In this document: piece by piece, positions 18,116 through 25,554 of the stretch
Layout of the letters: each line of letters begins with the position of its first letter
Numbering within the stretch: the stretch's first letter is position 1
Source: a virus
Reading direction: 5' to 3' (one strand)
Length of the DNA stretch: 45,975 nt
IMG/VR virus record: IMGVR_UViG_3300029305_000912
Translations under genes and position numbers: made by a program
Notes under the pieces: generated by a model
Told to the model about the DNA's origin: nothing
The model's input: only the letters and a program-made list of their open reading frames with translations
Databases searched by the model: none

Positions 18116-19609
18116 TTATTCTTCATCATTGTCAGGATCATCTTTTACTTGACTGGTACTTGACTGACCAAACCCGTCACCGTACAAATCCAGTTCTTCT
18201 TCCTTCTGCTTTTTGATACGTTCCAATTCTGCTTCAGGATCATCTACCCACGGATGTTGTGCAATTCTGGTTTCAAGGGAAAGATCCTGTGACTTGGAAA
18301 TGTTTTCGATGACTTCGGATTCATTGATCATAATGTCACGGTTGAAAATGATTTCATATTCTTCCCCTTCGAAATCACCAACACCAGTATTTGCAAGATG
18401 ACAATTCAGGAACCAAATCATCTGTTCAAATGCGGATTGAAGTTCCGTTTCAATGCCGTTGGTGTCCAGTTCGATGTCAGAATACATGGATTTCAGATTC
18501 ATTTCATTCGCATTGGAACCAATACGGTCATCCTTCGCATCATAACCCATGCAGTTTTCAACAATAGCTTTTTTGAACTGCTCAATAATAGCTTTGTAGT
18601 TTTCTGCATTAACTTGAATCTGAAGCGTCTTTACATCACCGTGACTTCCATCCATAGAACGAACCTTCACCGCACCATACTGTGCAAGGTTTCTTCTAAA
18701 TTCACCAAGATTCTGACCATCGTAATTGACAAGAACCATAATGGTGTTTCGCGGATCTTCTTCCATCTGATCTTCCCATTGGGACTGGATCTTATTCAGA
18801 CCGTCCTGCAATGATTTACACATGGTAATCAGGGGAACTTCACCGTCATTGTACTTGAAAGGAATTAGGGGAATCTTTTCCCAATTGAATCCATGTGTGG
18901 TTCCGTCATCGTCAGTCACCGTGAAATACGGTTCATAAAACGGTTCTTCAGGAATCAGATTACCATTTAACAGTTCAAAGTAATAGATACCATCAGGATT
19001 AAACACTTCAACCTTGGTAATAACCTTTTCGGTTGTTCCTTCATAACCTAAAATTTCATAAACACGAATTGCGGCATCCAGAACCGTATGTTCAGCATCC
19101 TTCCACATAGGAAGAATTTCATACGGCTTGAATCGTTTATAGTAGAATTCACCGTTTTCATCATAAGAAGGCATCATCCAAGCAATACCGCCGTTTAAAA
19201 AATCCTTGACGATTGCAATCAGATTCTTCAGGAAAGTTTTAGAAAGGATGTACGGTTTCACCGCATCCACATACGCCTGATTTTTACTGACGAACACGAA
19301 CGGTTGTCCTACGATGTAATTTGATTTCTGGATAACCATCTTTCTATACTGGTTATCCACAATCTTGTTATTGGGCAGGTTTTCAATCACTGTCAGTTTA
19401 CCATCATCACCAATGGCAGTGCGCTTCTTGTGAAGGATTGCGTGTTTACCTGAATAGTAATTGTCACCTGCAATCATATCATAGAACCGCTTTGATCTGC
19501 GGAATCTATTGATTTCAGCCACAATGAACTGTTTGTCAGTCATTCTGGTTTCTACGTTCTGCCGCGCAAGCTGATCCACCACTTCCGCGGTTTTCATAAA
19601 CTGCAACAT
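18116..19609 (-). CDS. Portal protein (SPP1 gp6-like)
   Basis: 497 aa, between the TerL/phosphoesterase genes and MuF, with an acidic C-terminus. Size and order are typical. Confidence 0.8.
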   Translation of the reverse strand: MLQFMKTAEVVDQLARQNVETRMTDKQFIVAEINRFRRSKRFYDMIAGDNYYSGKHAILHKKRTAIGDDGKLTVIENLPNNKIVDNQYRKMVIQKSNYIVGQPFVFVSKNQAYVDAVKPYILSKTFLKNLIAIVKDFLNGGIAWMMPSYDENGEFYYKRFKPYEILPMWKDAEHTVLDAAIRVYEILGYEGTTEKVITKVEVFNPDGIYYFELLNGNLIPEEPFYEPYFTVTDDDGTTHGFNWEKIPLIPFKYNDGEVPLITMCKSLQDGLNKIQSQWEDQMEEDPRNTIMVLVNYDGQNLGEFRRNLAQYGAVKVRSMDGSHGDVKTLQIQVNAENYKAIIEQFKKAIVENCMGYDAKDDRIGSNANEMNLKSMYSDIELDTNGIETELQSAFEQMIWFLNCHLANTGVGDFEGEEYEIIFNRDIMINESEVIENISKSQDLSLETRIAQHPWVDDPEAELERIKKQKEEELDLYGDGFGQSSTSQVKDDPDNDEE

Positions 19610-19615
19610 TCATTG

Positions 19616-20401
19616 TCACCACCTTACTTCAATATTCTTTTCTTTATCGGATAAATGAAGAATTTGGGGTTTTGCAGTCATAGCAGGTAACAACATTTTC
19701 TGCAATGCATATTCACCGTAATTCTGCCATGCTACGCAGGAAACCACCAAGTATTCTTTCAACGTCACTTTATTGTTATACGGATCAAAAACAATCTTGG
19801 AAGGTCTGCTGATCGTTCCCTTGTGGGTATGTCCAACAATCAAACAATCCAAACCTTCAATTGTATTTCCCCAACGTTCATTACGGTTTACTGTCGCACC
19901 TGTATACACACCACCACCTGCACCATGCGTCACTGCAAAGGTGTATGTGGCGTTTCCTTTGTTGGGTTCATTGGGACGTTGACCAAGCTGAAGTTTCATA
20001 AATGCGGCATTTTGCCTGTACACTTCTTCAAGATCCATTTTGGTCATAATATCGTATGTGGGATCATCATCAACGTCTTTCATGGATCTGCGTTCATGGT
20101 TACCAGACACACAACAAAGGATTCTGTCTTTCACAGGTGTCAGATATTCAACCATGCGTTTTTTCTGCTCACTTGGTCTTACAGTATCATCCCAAGGGGA
20201 ACCGACACTGGAACGGGTGTTATTATTGATTAAATCACCACCAAGGATCAGATATAAGTCAGGATCTGCAAGCACCGTTTGAATGAAGTTCTTCCATTCC
20301 TTTTCCATATGTTCCAACGCACCATAATGAACATCAGAAATGCAAGCTATTTTAATTGCCGCATCAAACCGCCTGACAATTACATCAAAATCATTTAACA
20401 T
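19616..20401 (-). CDS. Calcineurin-like metallophosphoesterase
   Basis: All signature motifs are present in order: ISDVHYG (DxH), LGGDLIN (GD), SGNHERR (GNHE), VTHGAGGG, and VGHTHKG (GHTH). Confidence 0.85.
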   Translation of the reverse strand: MLNDFDVIVRRFDAAIKIACISDVHYGALEHMEKEWKNFIQTVLADPDLYLILGGDLINNNTRSSVGSPWDDTVRPSEQKKRMVEYLTPVKDRILCCVSGNHERRSMKDVDDDPTYDIMTKMDLEEVYRQNAAFMKLQLGQRPNEPNKGNATYTFAVTHGAGGGVYTGATVNRNERWGNTIEGLDCLIVGHTHKGTISRPSKIVFDPYNNKVTLKEYLVVSCVAWQNYGEYALQKMLLPAMTAKPQILHLSDKEKNIEVRW

Positions 20402-20410
20402 TTCTACCCC

Positions 20411-21670
20411 TTATTCAAAGCTGAATGTTTCACCCCTGATGAATCCTTCCAACGCATAACGCATTGCATCCATTAGGTGATTGAAGTCATCAATAGGTTT
20501 ATTTAGTTTATTTTCAAACTTGTCTTTGTCCCAAGTATAGTTGGAAATTTCCGTGATGAAATTGACACACTTCGGATGAATGATAATTTCATAATCCTGA
20601 ATGAAGTCAATTCCGTTGTTCACACTATCTTTACCTTTTCGTGCGGCACGAATCCTGAAAATACCAAGGTCATACAGTCTTGCAATGGATTTCGGTTCCG
20701 CGCAATCGGCAGTGATCTTTTCTTTTGCAAAACCCATGGAAGCAATTTCAGAATAGATTGCTTCGTTTGACATACCCTTCTTATACATTTCATCAAACAC
20801 ATAAATCTTCTTGTGTGCCTGATCAATCATGCCGCAGAACAGCGCGGAAGGGTCATTTGTATAACCAAAGTCAAGACCAAACGCGGACTGGATTCCTTGG
20901 ATCTGTTTGATGTCTTCCAGATTGAACTTTTCTTCTTTCCAATTCTCAAAAATCAGACCGTCAACAATACCCCAATCACCCAAACCTGCGACACGGTAAC
21001 GCCTTGGATTATCGCGTTTCATGCGCTCAAACACTGCAAGGTCAGCTTTGTCCAACCATTCATTGCACATATAGTTTGTTGTGATTGCAAGAACGTCAGG
21101 GTCTTCTGAATGGTCAAAGAATCGTTTCTTGATCCAATGACGTTCATTCCATGGGTTAAATGTCAGCGTGATCTGCTTAAATAAATCACCTTCTGACGCA
21201 CCACGGATGGATTCATCAAGCATATCGAAATCAGATTCTTTGGTGATTTCATATGCTTCTTCAATCCACATCCAACAAAGCTGACCAACGTCAACTGTAA
21301 TGGATGTAACCTTTAACGGATCATCAAGACCACGGAAATATATCTTCTGTCCTGTCGGTTTATAGGTGAGTTCAAGCGGACTTTCCTTGATATCCCACCA
21401 AGCGTCTACACCCAAACGGTGAATTGCCCATTTCAATTCCGTAAAACAGGAATCTTTCAATGTTCGGTACGTCTTACGCACCACAAGCAGATTTGCACCT
21501 TTGTATTTCATCATATTGGTGATATACCAAAGTGCAGTTGTTTTTGATTTCTTACTTGCACGGGATCCTTTACATACACGGTAACGCCCTTTGAAGTTCC
21601 AGAACGTTTTGTATCCCTTACCAACAATCTTGGGAAGATGAAGTTTGTTAGTCTTCAAGTTCATCATCAC
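20411..21670 (-). CDS. terL: Terminase large subunit (PBSX/XtmB type)
   Basis: 419 aa. It has the Walker-A-like segment VCKGSRASKKSKT. It overlaps the TerS 3' end. Its C-terminal nuclease-like segment contains ...DDFNHLMDAMRYAL. Confidence 0.85.
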   Translation of the reverse strand: MMMNLKTNKLHLPKIVGKGYKTFWNFKGRYRVCKGSRASKKSKTTALWYITNMMKYKGANLLVVRKTYRTLKDSCFTELKWAIHRLGVDAWWDIKESPLELTYKPTGQKIYFRGLDDPLKVTSITVDVGQLCWMWIEEAYEITKESDFDMLDESIRGASEGDLFKQITLTFNPWNERHWIKKRFFDHSEDPDVLAITTNYMCNEWLDKADLAVFERMKRDNPRRYRVAGLGDWGIVDGLIFENWKEEKFNLEDIKQIQGIQSAFGLDFGYTNDPSALFCGMIDQAHKKIYVFDEMYKKGMSNEAIYSEIASMGFAKEKITADCAEPKSIARLYDLGIFRIRAARKGKDSVNNGIDFIQDYEIIIHPKCVNFITEISNYTWDKDKFENKLNKPIDDFNHLMDAMRYALEGFIRGETFSFE

Positions 21671-22082
21671 CTGAAATCACAACAGGAACCACACCTTGAA
21701 CACCAATCTTGTCTGTCAACAGTCCATAACGCTTTGCAAGTAATTCCGATGCTTTGATTCGTTCCCTTGCACCAACGCTTTTGTCAACAGATCTTGCGGA
21801 AGAATAACCATCACCCATACCTTCGACAACAATCACTTCTTCCATTTCTTCACCGCGCATGACAGAAGTCAGATACTGCATCACTTCTTCTGCGGAAGCA
21901 ATCTTTTTGGACTGCATTTTTTCAAGGCGTTCGTCAATATATGCTCGAACGTCAGGTTTCGTTAAGTTTTCAGCACCAATGACCTTTGCAGTCTTTTCCG
22001 AATAACCTGCACGAATTGCCGCCTGTGTTGCATTACAGTCAATCAAATATTCGTCACAAAATCGTTGTTGTTTTGGTGTCAC
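21648..22082 (-). CDS. terS: Terminase small subunit (Terminase_2-like HTH)
   Basis: The sequence TPKQQRFCDEYLIDCNATQAAIRAGYSEKTAKVIGAENLTKPDVRAYIDERL is a canonical TerS N-terminus. I prefer the GTG at 22082, preceded by GAAAGGGGTG. The track ORF extends to 22190 but adds an atypical 36-aa leader. Confidence 0.8.
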   Translation of the reverse strand: MTPKQQRFCDEYLIDCNATQAAIRAGYSEKTAKVIGAENLTKPDVRAYIDERLEKMQSKKIASAEEVMQYLTSVMRGEEMEEVIVVEGMGDGYSSARSVDKSVGARERIKASELLAKRYGLLTDKIGVQGVVPVVISGDDELED

Positions 22083-22192
22083 AGCATCTTCACCCCTTTC
22101 GTTTAAAGAATAAAGGTTTGCAAAGTAGGAGTTCCGCAGGATGGGCAAGTTCATACACGGACGAGGATCTTCACAAACCTTTATTGGCAAAA

Positions 22193-22220
22193 TAAAAAAC
22201 CCACAGAATTTATCTGTGGG
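22193..22220 (-). terminator. Intrinsic terminator between the late-regulator gene and terS
   Basis: The stem pairs cccacaga with tctgtggg (22200-22220) around a 5-nt loop. On the minus strand it is followed by TTTTTTA. Confidence 0.75.
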
Positions 22221-22248
22221 TCATCAAGTTACACTTTTAACTATACTA

Positions 22249-22277
22249 ATTATAACACTTATAATACTGATATAAAA
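22249..22277 (-). promoter_or_regulatory. Candidate extended -10 promoter (TGtTATAAT) upstream of the terminator and terS leader
   Basis: The minus strand reads ...agTGtTATAATtag, with TATAAT at 22254..22249 and TG at 22257..22256. The -35 is weak (TTTTAT at 22277..22272, 17-nt spacer). Confidence 0.35.
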
Positions 22278-22283
22278 GAGCGC

Positions 22284-22305
22284 GAAAAGTGCATGAAAAG
22301 TGCAT
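22284..22305. repeat. Perfect 11-bp tandem repeat (minus strand ATGCACTTTTC x2), directly after the late-regulator stop codon
   Basis: Read directly as gaaaagtgcat gaaaagtgcat on the plus strand. A TTGACA hexamer (22312..22307) overlaps the regulator stop codon just upstream. Confidence 0.9.
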
Positions 22306-22308
22306 TTG

Positions 22309-22872
22309 TCAATAGCTGAAGATTTGCTGAATGACTTCATCTGAAAACAGTCTGATCTGAAGAAGATTGATCAAACGGTTCTTGTTTCGGTTTACAGTTG
22401 AAACATCACAATCAAAGTATTCTGCAATTTCTTCACGGGACTTTCCTTCAAAGTATCGAAGACGAATCAGATCATAATATACATCGTCCTTCAGTGTATC
22501 AATTGCATTGTCAATGATACGAATAAAATTTTTAGTTGTTGCCATTGAAAATTCTATCCGTTCAATCTTTTCTTCTGCCTTTTCCATGTCGGATTTCACT
22601 TCAATGTAACCCGTATCACCTGAATAAGTCGCAACGGCACCAGACTTCTTACTCAAACCGATTTGACGGATTTCCGCAATCTGTTCTTCTTTATCCTTAA
22701 TAGCGGCTTTGAAATTATTGTAGTTATACAGTAACGTTTCAGTCTTCTGGAAAGGTGACTGTCTACCCTCTACAATCAGACTATGACGTTTTAATTCTGC
22801 AACAGCTTCTTCTGTTGCCTTTCTAACCGTATGATCAATTACTTTTAATACTTCGCCATTTAACTGTAACAC
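22309..22872 (-). CDS. Late-gene transcription regulator with a sigma-70 region-4-like C-terminal HTH
   Basis: 187 aa with a GTG start preceded by AAGGGGGT. The C-terminal sequence YYDLIRLRYFEGKSREEIAEYFDCDVSTVNRNKNRLINLL is sigma r4 / RinA-ArpU-like. It is the last gene before terS. Confidence 0.65.
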   Translation of the reverse strand: MLQLNGEVLKVIDHTVRKATEEAVAELKRHSLIVEGRQSPFQKTETLLYNYNNFKAAIKDKEEQIAEIRQIGLSKKSGAVATYSGDTGYIEVKSDMEKAEEKIERIEFSMATTKNFIRIIDNAIDTLKDDVYYDLIRLRYFEGKSREEIAEYFDCDVSTVNRNKNRLINLLQIRLFSDEVIQQIFSY

Positions 22873-22892
22873 AACGTTACCCCCTTACATCA

Positions 22893-23232
22893 TGTTCAAG
22901 GTGTTCCACGTGTTCAAGGTCTTTTCTATTACTTATATATTTTTATTTTTTATATAGTAATATAGTAATTTTTATGTTTTTATACTTACTATCTTAAAAA
23001 TATAAAGAAAATCGAAGTCACCTTGAACACCTTGAACACCGTCTGAATTTCCGCACTTTCTATATAACATAAACCGCATAAAATCAGTATTCATACGTTA
23101 TATAGAAACTTTTTGATGTGTTCAAGGTGAATTGCTCCACCTTGAACAGCACCTTGAACTTTTACGTCACCTTGAACGCAAAAATCACTTTAGACCTTAA
23201 ACCAACAAAATTCACCTTGAACAACCTTGAAC
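22893..23232. repeat. Iteron array A: at least 10 copies of TGTTCAAGGTG / CACCTTGAACA around a ~97-bp A/T core, plus a 12-bp perfect inverted repeat
   Basis: - Forward copies: 22894-22903, 22912-22921 (variant), 23120-23129.
- Reverse copies: 23019-23028, 23028-23037, 23138-23147, 23150-23159, 23168-23177, 23213-23222, 23223-23232 (variant).
- Inverted repeat: tttctatataac (23057-23068) with gttatatagaaa (23097-23108). Confidence 0.9.
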
Positions 23233-23245
23233 AGTTCCGCGACTG

Positions 23246-23443
23246 CTATACATCAGGTACATCACGAATGAACAACTGATTGTTCAGGACTTTAGCATCA
23301 TCAGCGTTCAGTTCTGACTTGATTCGATTGATTACGCATTGTTCAATTGAATATTTGTGCGCTTCAATTATAACAGTATCTTCATCACTTACTTTAACAA
23401 CAGATGTCATTTCAGCAGTGATAATCATGGTGACTTCTTTCAT
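23246..23443 (-). CDS. Hypothetical protein (last gene of the early/middle operon)
   Basis: The ATG at 23443 is preceded by GGTGGGGT. It encodes 65 aa, MKEVTMIITAEMTSVVKVSDED.... The track start at 23500 overlaps the upstream gene. Confidence 0.5.
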   Translation of the reverse strand: MKEVTMIITAEMTSVVKVSDEDTVIIEAHKYSIEQCVINRIKSELNADDAKVLNNQLFIRDVPDV

Positions 23444-23444
23444 A

Positions 23445-23747
23445 TCATTTACCCCACCATTCCAATGGTTCTTTGTGTAATTCAAGACAATAAGCATCAA
23501 AATACTTTGCCCAAGGACGGAACTTGTTCAAGTTGTACTGACCTGTAGAACCATATTTATCTGCTATGGTCAAAAGAATCTTACTTGGTTCAGTAGGTAA
23601 CCACCCATTTGGAATATTTTTCAGTAATAATTCTTCATTGATGTTTTCGTTTGTGATACACACATCAGAAAAATTACAATGGATTTCAATGTGCTTTATA
23701 GGTTCATGTAAACCATAGTGTCTGTGCATTAACTGTATATACATCAT
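23445..23747 (-). CDS. Hypothetical protein
   Basis: 100 aa, coupled to the nrdG stop by a 4-nt overlap. Confidence 0.5.
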   Translation of the reverse strand: MMYIQLMHRHYGLHEPIKHIEIHCNFSDVCITNENINEELLLKNIPNGWLPTEPSKILLTIADKYGSTGQYNLNKFRPWAKYFDAYCLELHKEPLEWWGK

Positions 23748-24244
23748 TCCATCAGATCCTTTCTTAAAACAATAGAATCACTTTCAAGGGACTTTTTCAC
23801 ATCAATGATTCGTTGGTTGGACGAACCGCGGAATTTAAGTCTTGGATCCTTCAGTTCTTCCACAAACTTTCCATCAACCAGAACGTCAATGTATTTCATG
23901 ATTGGGAATCGTTTGACTTCTTCCCACTGATATCCCGTATAACACCAGATGTCCTTGTTGGGAAAGTAGGTCTTGAATATGAAACACAAAGATGTCATAT
24001 GATAAATGTTATTCACATCTAACGGTTCACCGCCAAGAAGGGAAAGACCTGTGATGTAATCTTTTTCACACAATCTAAGGATGTCACTTCCCGTTCTTGG
24101 TGTGAACGGTTTCCCTGCATCATAGTTCCACAGTTCCGCATTGAAGCAACCTTTGCAGTGATGTGGACAACCGCTGACAAACAATGAAACACGAACGCCT
24201 TCACCGTTGGCAACATCACACGGTTTTATTTTTCCATAGTTCAT
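23744..24244 (-). CDS. nrdG: Anaerobic ribonucleoside-triphosphate reductase activating protein (radical SAM)
   Basis: 166 aa starting MNYGKIKPCDVANGEGVRVSLFVSGCPHHCKGCFN, with the CxxxCxxC cluster and the typical NrdG N-terminus. Confidence 0.9.
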   Translation of the reverse strand: MNYGKIKPCDVANGEGVRVSLFVSGCPHHCKGCFNAELWNYDAGKPFTPRTGSDILRLCEKDYITGLSLLGGEPLDVNNIYHMTSLCFIFKTYFPNKDIWCYTGYQWEEVKRFPIMKYIDVLVDGKFVEELKDPRLKFRGSSNQRIIDVKKSLESDSIVLRKDLME

Positions 24245-24381
24245 GATCTACACCTTCCAATCCAGATTGCATCCCCAATCGAAAATAACGCCCATATAGT
24301 CAAATATTCATTGGTTATAATTTCAGGTGGTATTTTACCAGTTGCCGCCATCAGAAAAACAATACATAATATTAAACTCAT
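24241..24381 (-). CDS. Small membrane protein (46 aa, below the ORF-track cutoff)
   Basis: Translated by hand as MSLILCIVFLMAATGKIPPEIITNEYLTIWALFSIGDAIWIGRCRS. The stop overlaps the nrdG ATG (ATGA). Confidence 0.4.
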   Translation of the reverse strand: MSLILCIVFLMAATGKIPPEIITNEYLTIWALFSIGDAIWIGRCRS

Positions 24382-24387
24382 ATAGAA

Positions 24388-24537
24388 TTACCTCTTAAAC
24401 AAAGATTTAATACTATGTTTTAGTGCAAGCCATATCTTATGTTTTGTACTTGGATATTCAAACATTTTCGGTTTACACTTGGGACATATACGATCACCAC
24501 CGTCTGTTTGTTTACCACAAAAGATGCATCTGGTCAT
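24388..24537 (-). CDS. Small zinc-ribbon protein (49 aa, below the ORF-track cutoff)
   Basis: Translated by hand as MTRCIFCGKQTDGGDRICPKCKPKMFEYPSTKHKIWLALKHSIKSLFKR, with two CxxC pairs. Confidence 0.45.
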   Translation of the reverse strand: MTRCIFCGKQTDGGDRICPKCKPKMFEYPSTKHKIWLALKHSIKSLFKR

Positions 24538-24540
24538 TTT

Positions 24541-24858
24541 TTAATCACCTTCCTGTTCCAACCCAAAGGTTTCATAAAGTTCATCTTTGCACTGTTTCAG
24601 TGCTTCATCAACAATCCTGCGTACACGAACACCACGGTTGGAAAACCATTTCTTTTTGAACGCTTCCTTTGCTTTCAGATAGGTTTCTTTGCAGGTATCA
24701 CCAGAAGCGTACCAGTCAAATTCATGGATCAGGTCAAGTACGTCCCAAACCAGTTCAGAAATTTCCCTATCTTCAAAGACGTTTGCAGGTCTGTCAGTCC
24801 ATCCAAAGATTTCATTCTTCAGTTGACTGTCAACATAATCAAAGCGTCCACCTGACAT
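24541..24858 (-). CDS. Hypothetical phage protein
   Basis: 105 aa starting MSGGRFDYVDSQLKNEIFGW.... Its start codon shares 1 nt with the upstream gene's stop codon. Confidence 0.5.
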   Translation of the reverse strand: MSGGRFDYVDSQLKNEIFGWTDRPANVFEDREISELVWDVLDLIHEFDWYASGDTCKETYLKAKEAFKKKWFSNRGVRVRRIVDEALKQCKDELYETFGLEQEGD

Positions 24859-25163
24859 TACAGTTCACCGCCCGTTGTGTTCATCCTCGCACCACATTCT
24901 GGGCAATGTTTCAATCTTGTTCCGTCTTTTCGTGGGTCATAGTGAAGTTCCCATTCTTTTCCGCAATTTGAACACTTCCAGATTTGGAAATACCAATCGG
25001 ATTTGTTTGAAAATATCCATTTCCCCTGCGGAGGCAGACTTTCTAGACTAATGGTAGGTGTTGTGTAAATTTTATTCCGAACTGACGCTTTTGCAGAGTC
25101 CGTCCAGAAAATTTCCTCGTTGATTCTTTTTATAACCTCATCTGCATCAATTAGCCGCATCAC
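24858..25163 (-). CDS. Hypothetical protein with a C-terminal zinc ribbon
   Basis: 101 aa with CSNCGKEW...HCPECGARM (two CxxC pairs). Confidence 0.5.
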   Translation of the reverse strand: MMRLIDADEVIKRINEEIFWTDSAKASVRNKIYTTPTISLESLPPQGKWIFSNKSDWYFQIWKCSNCGKEWELHYDPRKDGTRLKHCPECGARMNTTGGEL

Positions 25164-25540
25164 ACTTCACCGCCCTTGATTAAAGAAACCAGTTTTATAA
25201 GATCATAAAACCTGCGCGGATTCAAACCAGTCTTTTCTTCCACTCTTGCAATGTGGTATTTGATGGTGTTTCTGTGATATGACATAGCAAGTGCAGTTTT
25301 GGAATCCGTCATATCATTTTCAGCAAATGCAAGGATAACATTTTTGTCTTCTTTCGTTAGTTTCGAAATTGTTGACGCATCACAGTTACCTTCAAGGAAC
25401 TTCGAAATTACCACTTCATAATGACAAATCTTTTCTTTGATATTACGAATCACTTCATCGGGAACACCACGATTCAGTTCATGTTCCAGATTTGCTTTGT
25501 GCTTTGTAAGTTGCTTTTCCATGAATTCCAACGTTGTCAT
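25160..25540 (-). CDS. PucR-type C-terminal HTH DNA-binding protein
   Basis: 126 aa. The sequence YHRNTIKYHIARVEEKTGLNPRRFYDLIKL resembles the PucR/CdaR HTH signature (hrNTlrYRlkkieeltGl...). Confidence 0.55.
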   Translation of the reverse strand: MTTLEFMEKQLTKHKANLEHELNRGVPDEVIRNIKEKICHYEVVISKFLEGNCDASTISKLTKEDKNVILAFAENDMTDSKTALAMSYHRNTIKYHIARVEEKTGLNPRRFYDLIKLVSLIKGGEV

Positions 25541-25554
25541 AAAATCACCATCCT

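Noticed and set aside
22083-22190. The track's N-terminal 36-aa extension of TerS (MPIKVCEDPRPCMNLPILRNSYFANLYSLNERGEDA).
   Set aside because: The extension is atypical in composition and has no RBS before 22190. It begins immediately after the terminator T-run and spans a 12-bp inverted repeat. The conserved TerS N-terminus (TPKQQRFCDEY) begins right after a GTG with a good RBS.
23057-23115. The 12-bp inverted repeat followed by cttttt as a plus-strand intrinsic terminator.
   Set aside because: No plus-strand gene lies upstream. The stem is pure A/T-rich and the loop is 28 nt, so it is more likely a protein-binding dyad within array A.
22873-23245. Could the repeated TGTTCAAGGTG units be a CRISPR array?
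   Set aside because: The units are only 10-11 bp, occur in both orientations, and have irregular spacing of 0-45 bp, sometimes overlapping. There are no cas genes. This is incompatible with CRISPR repeat-spacer structure.
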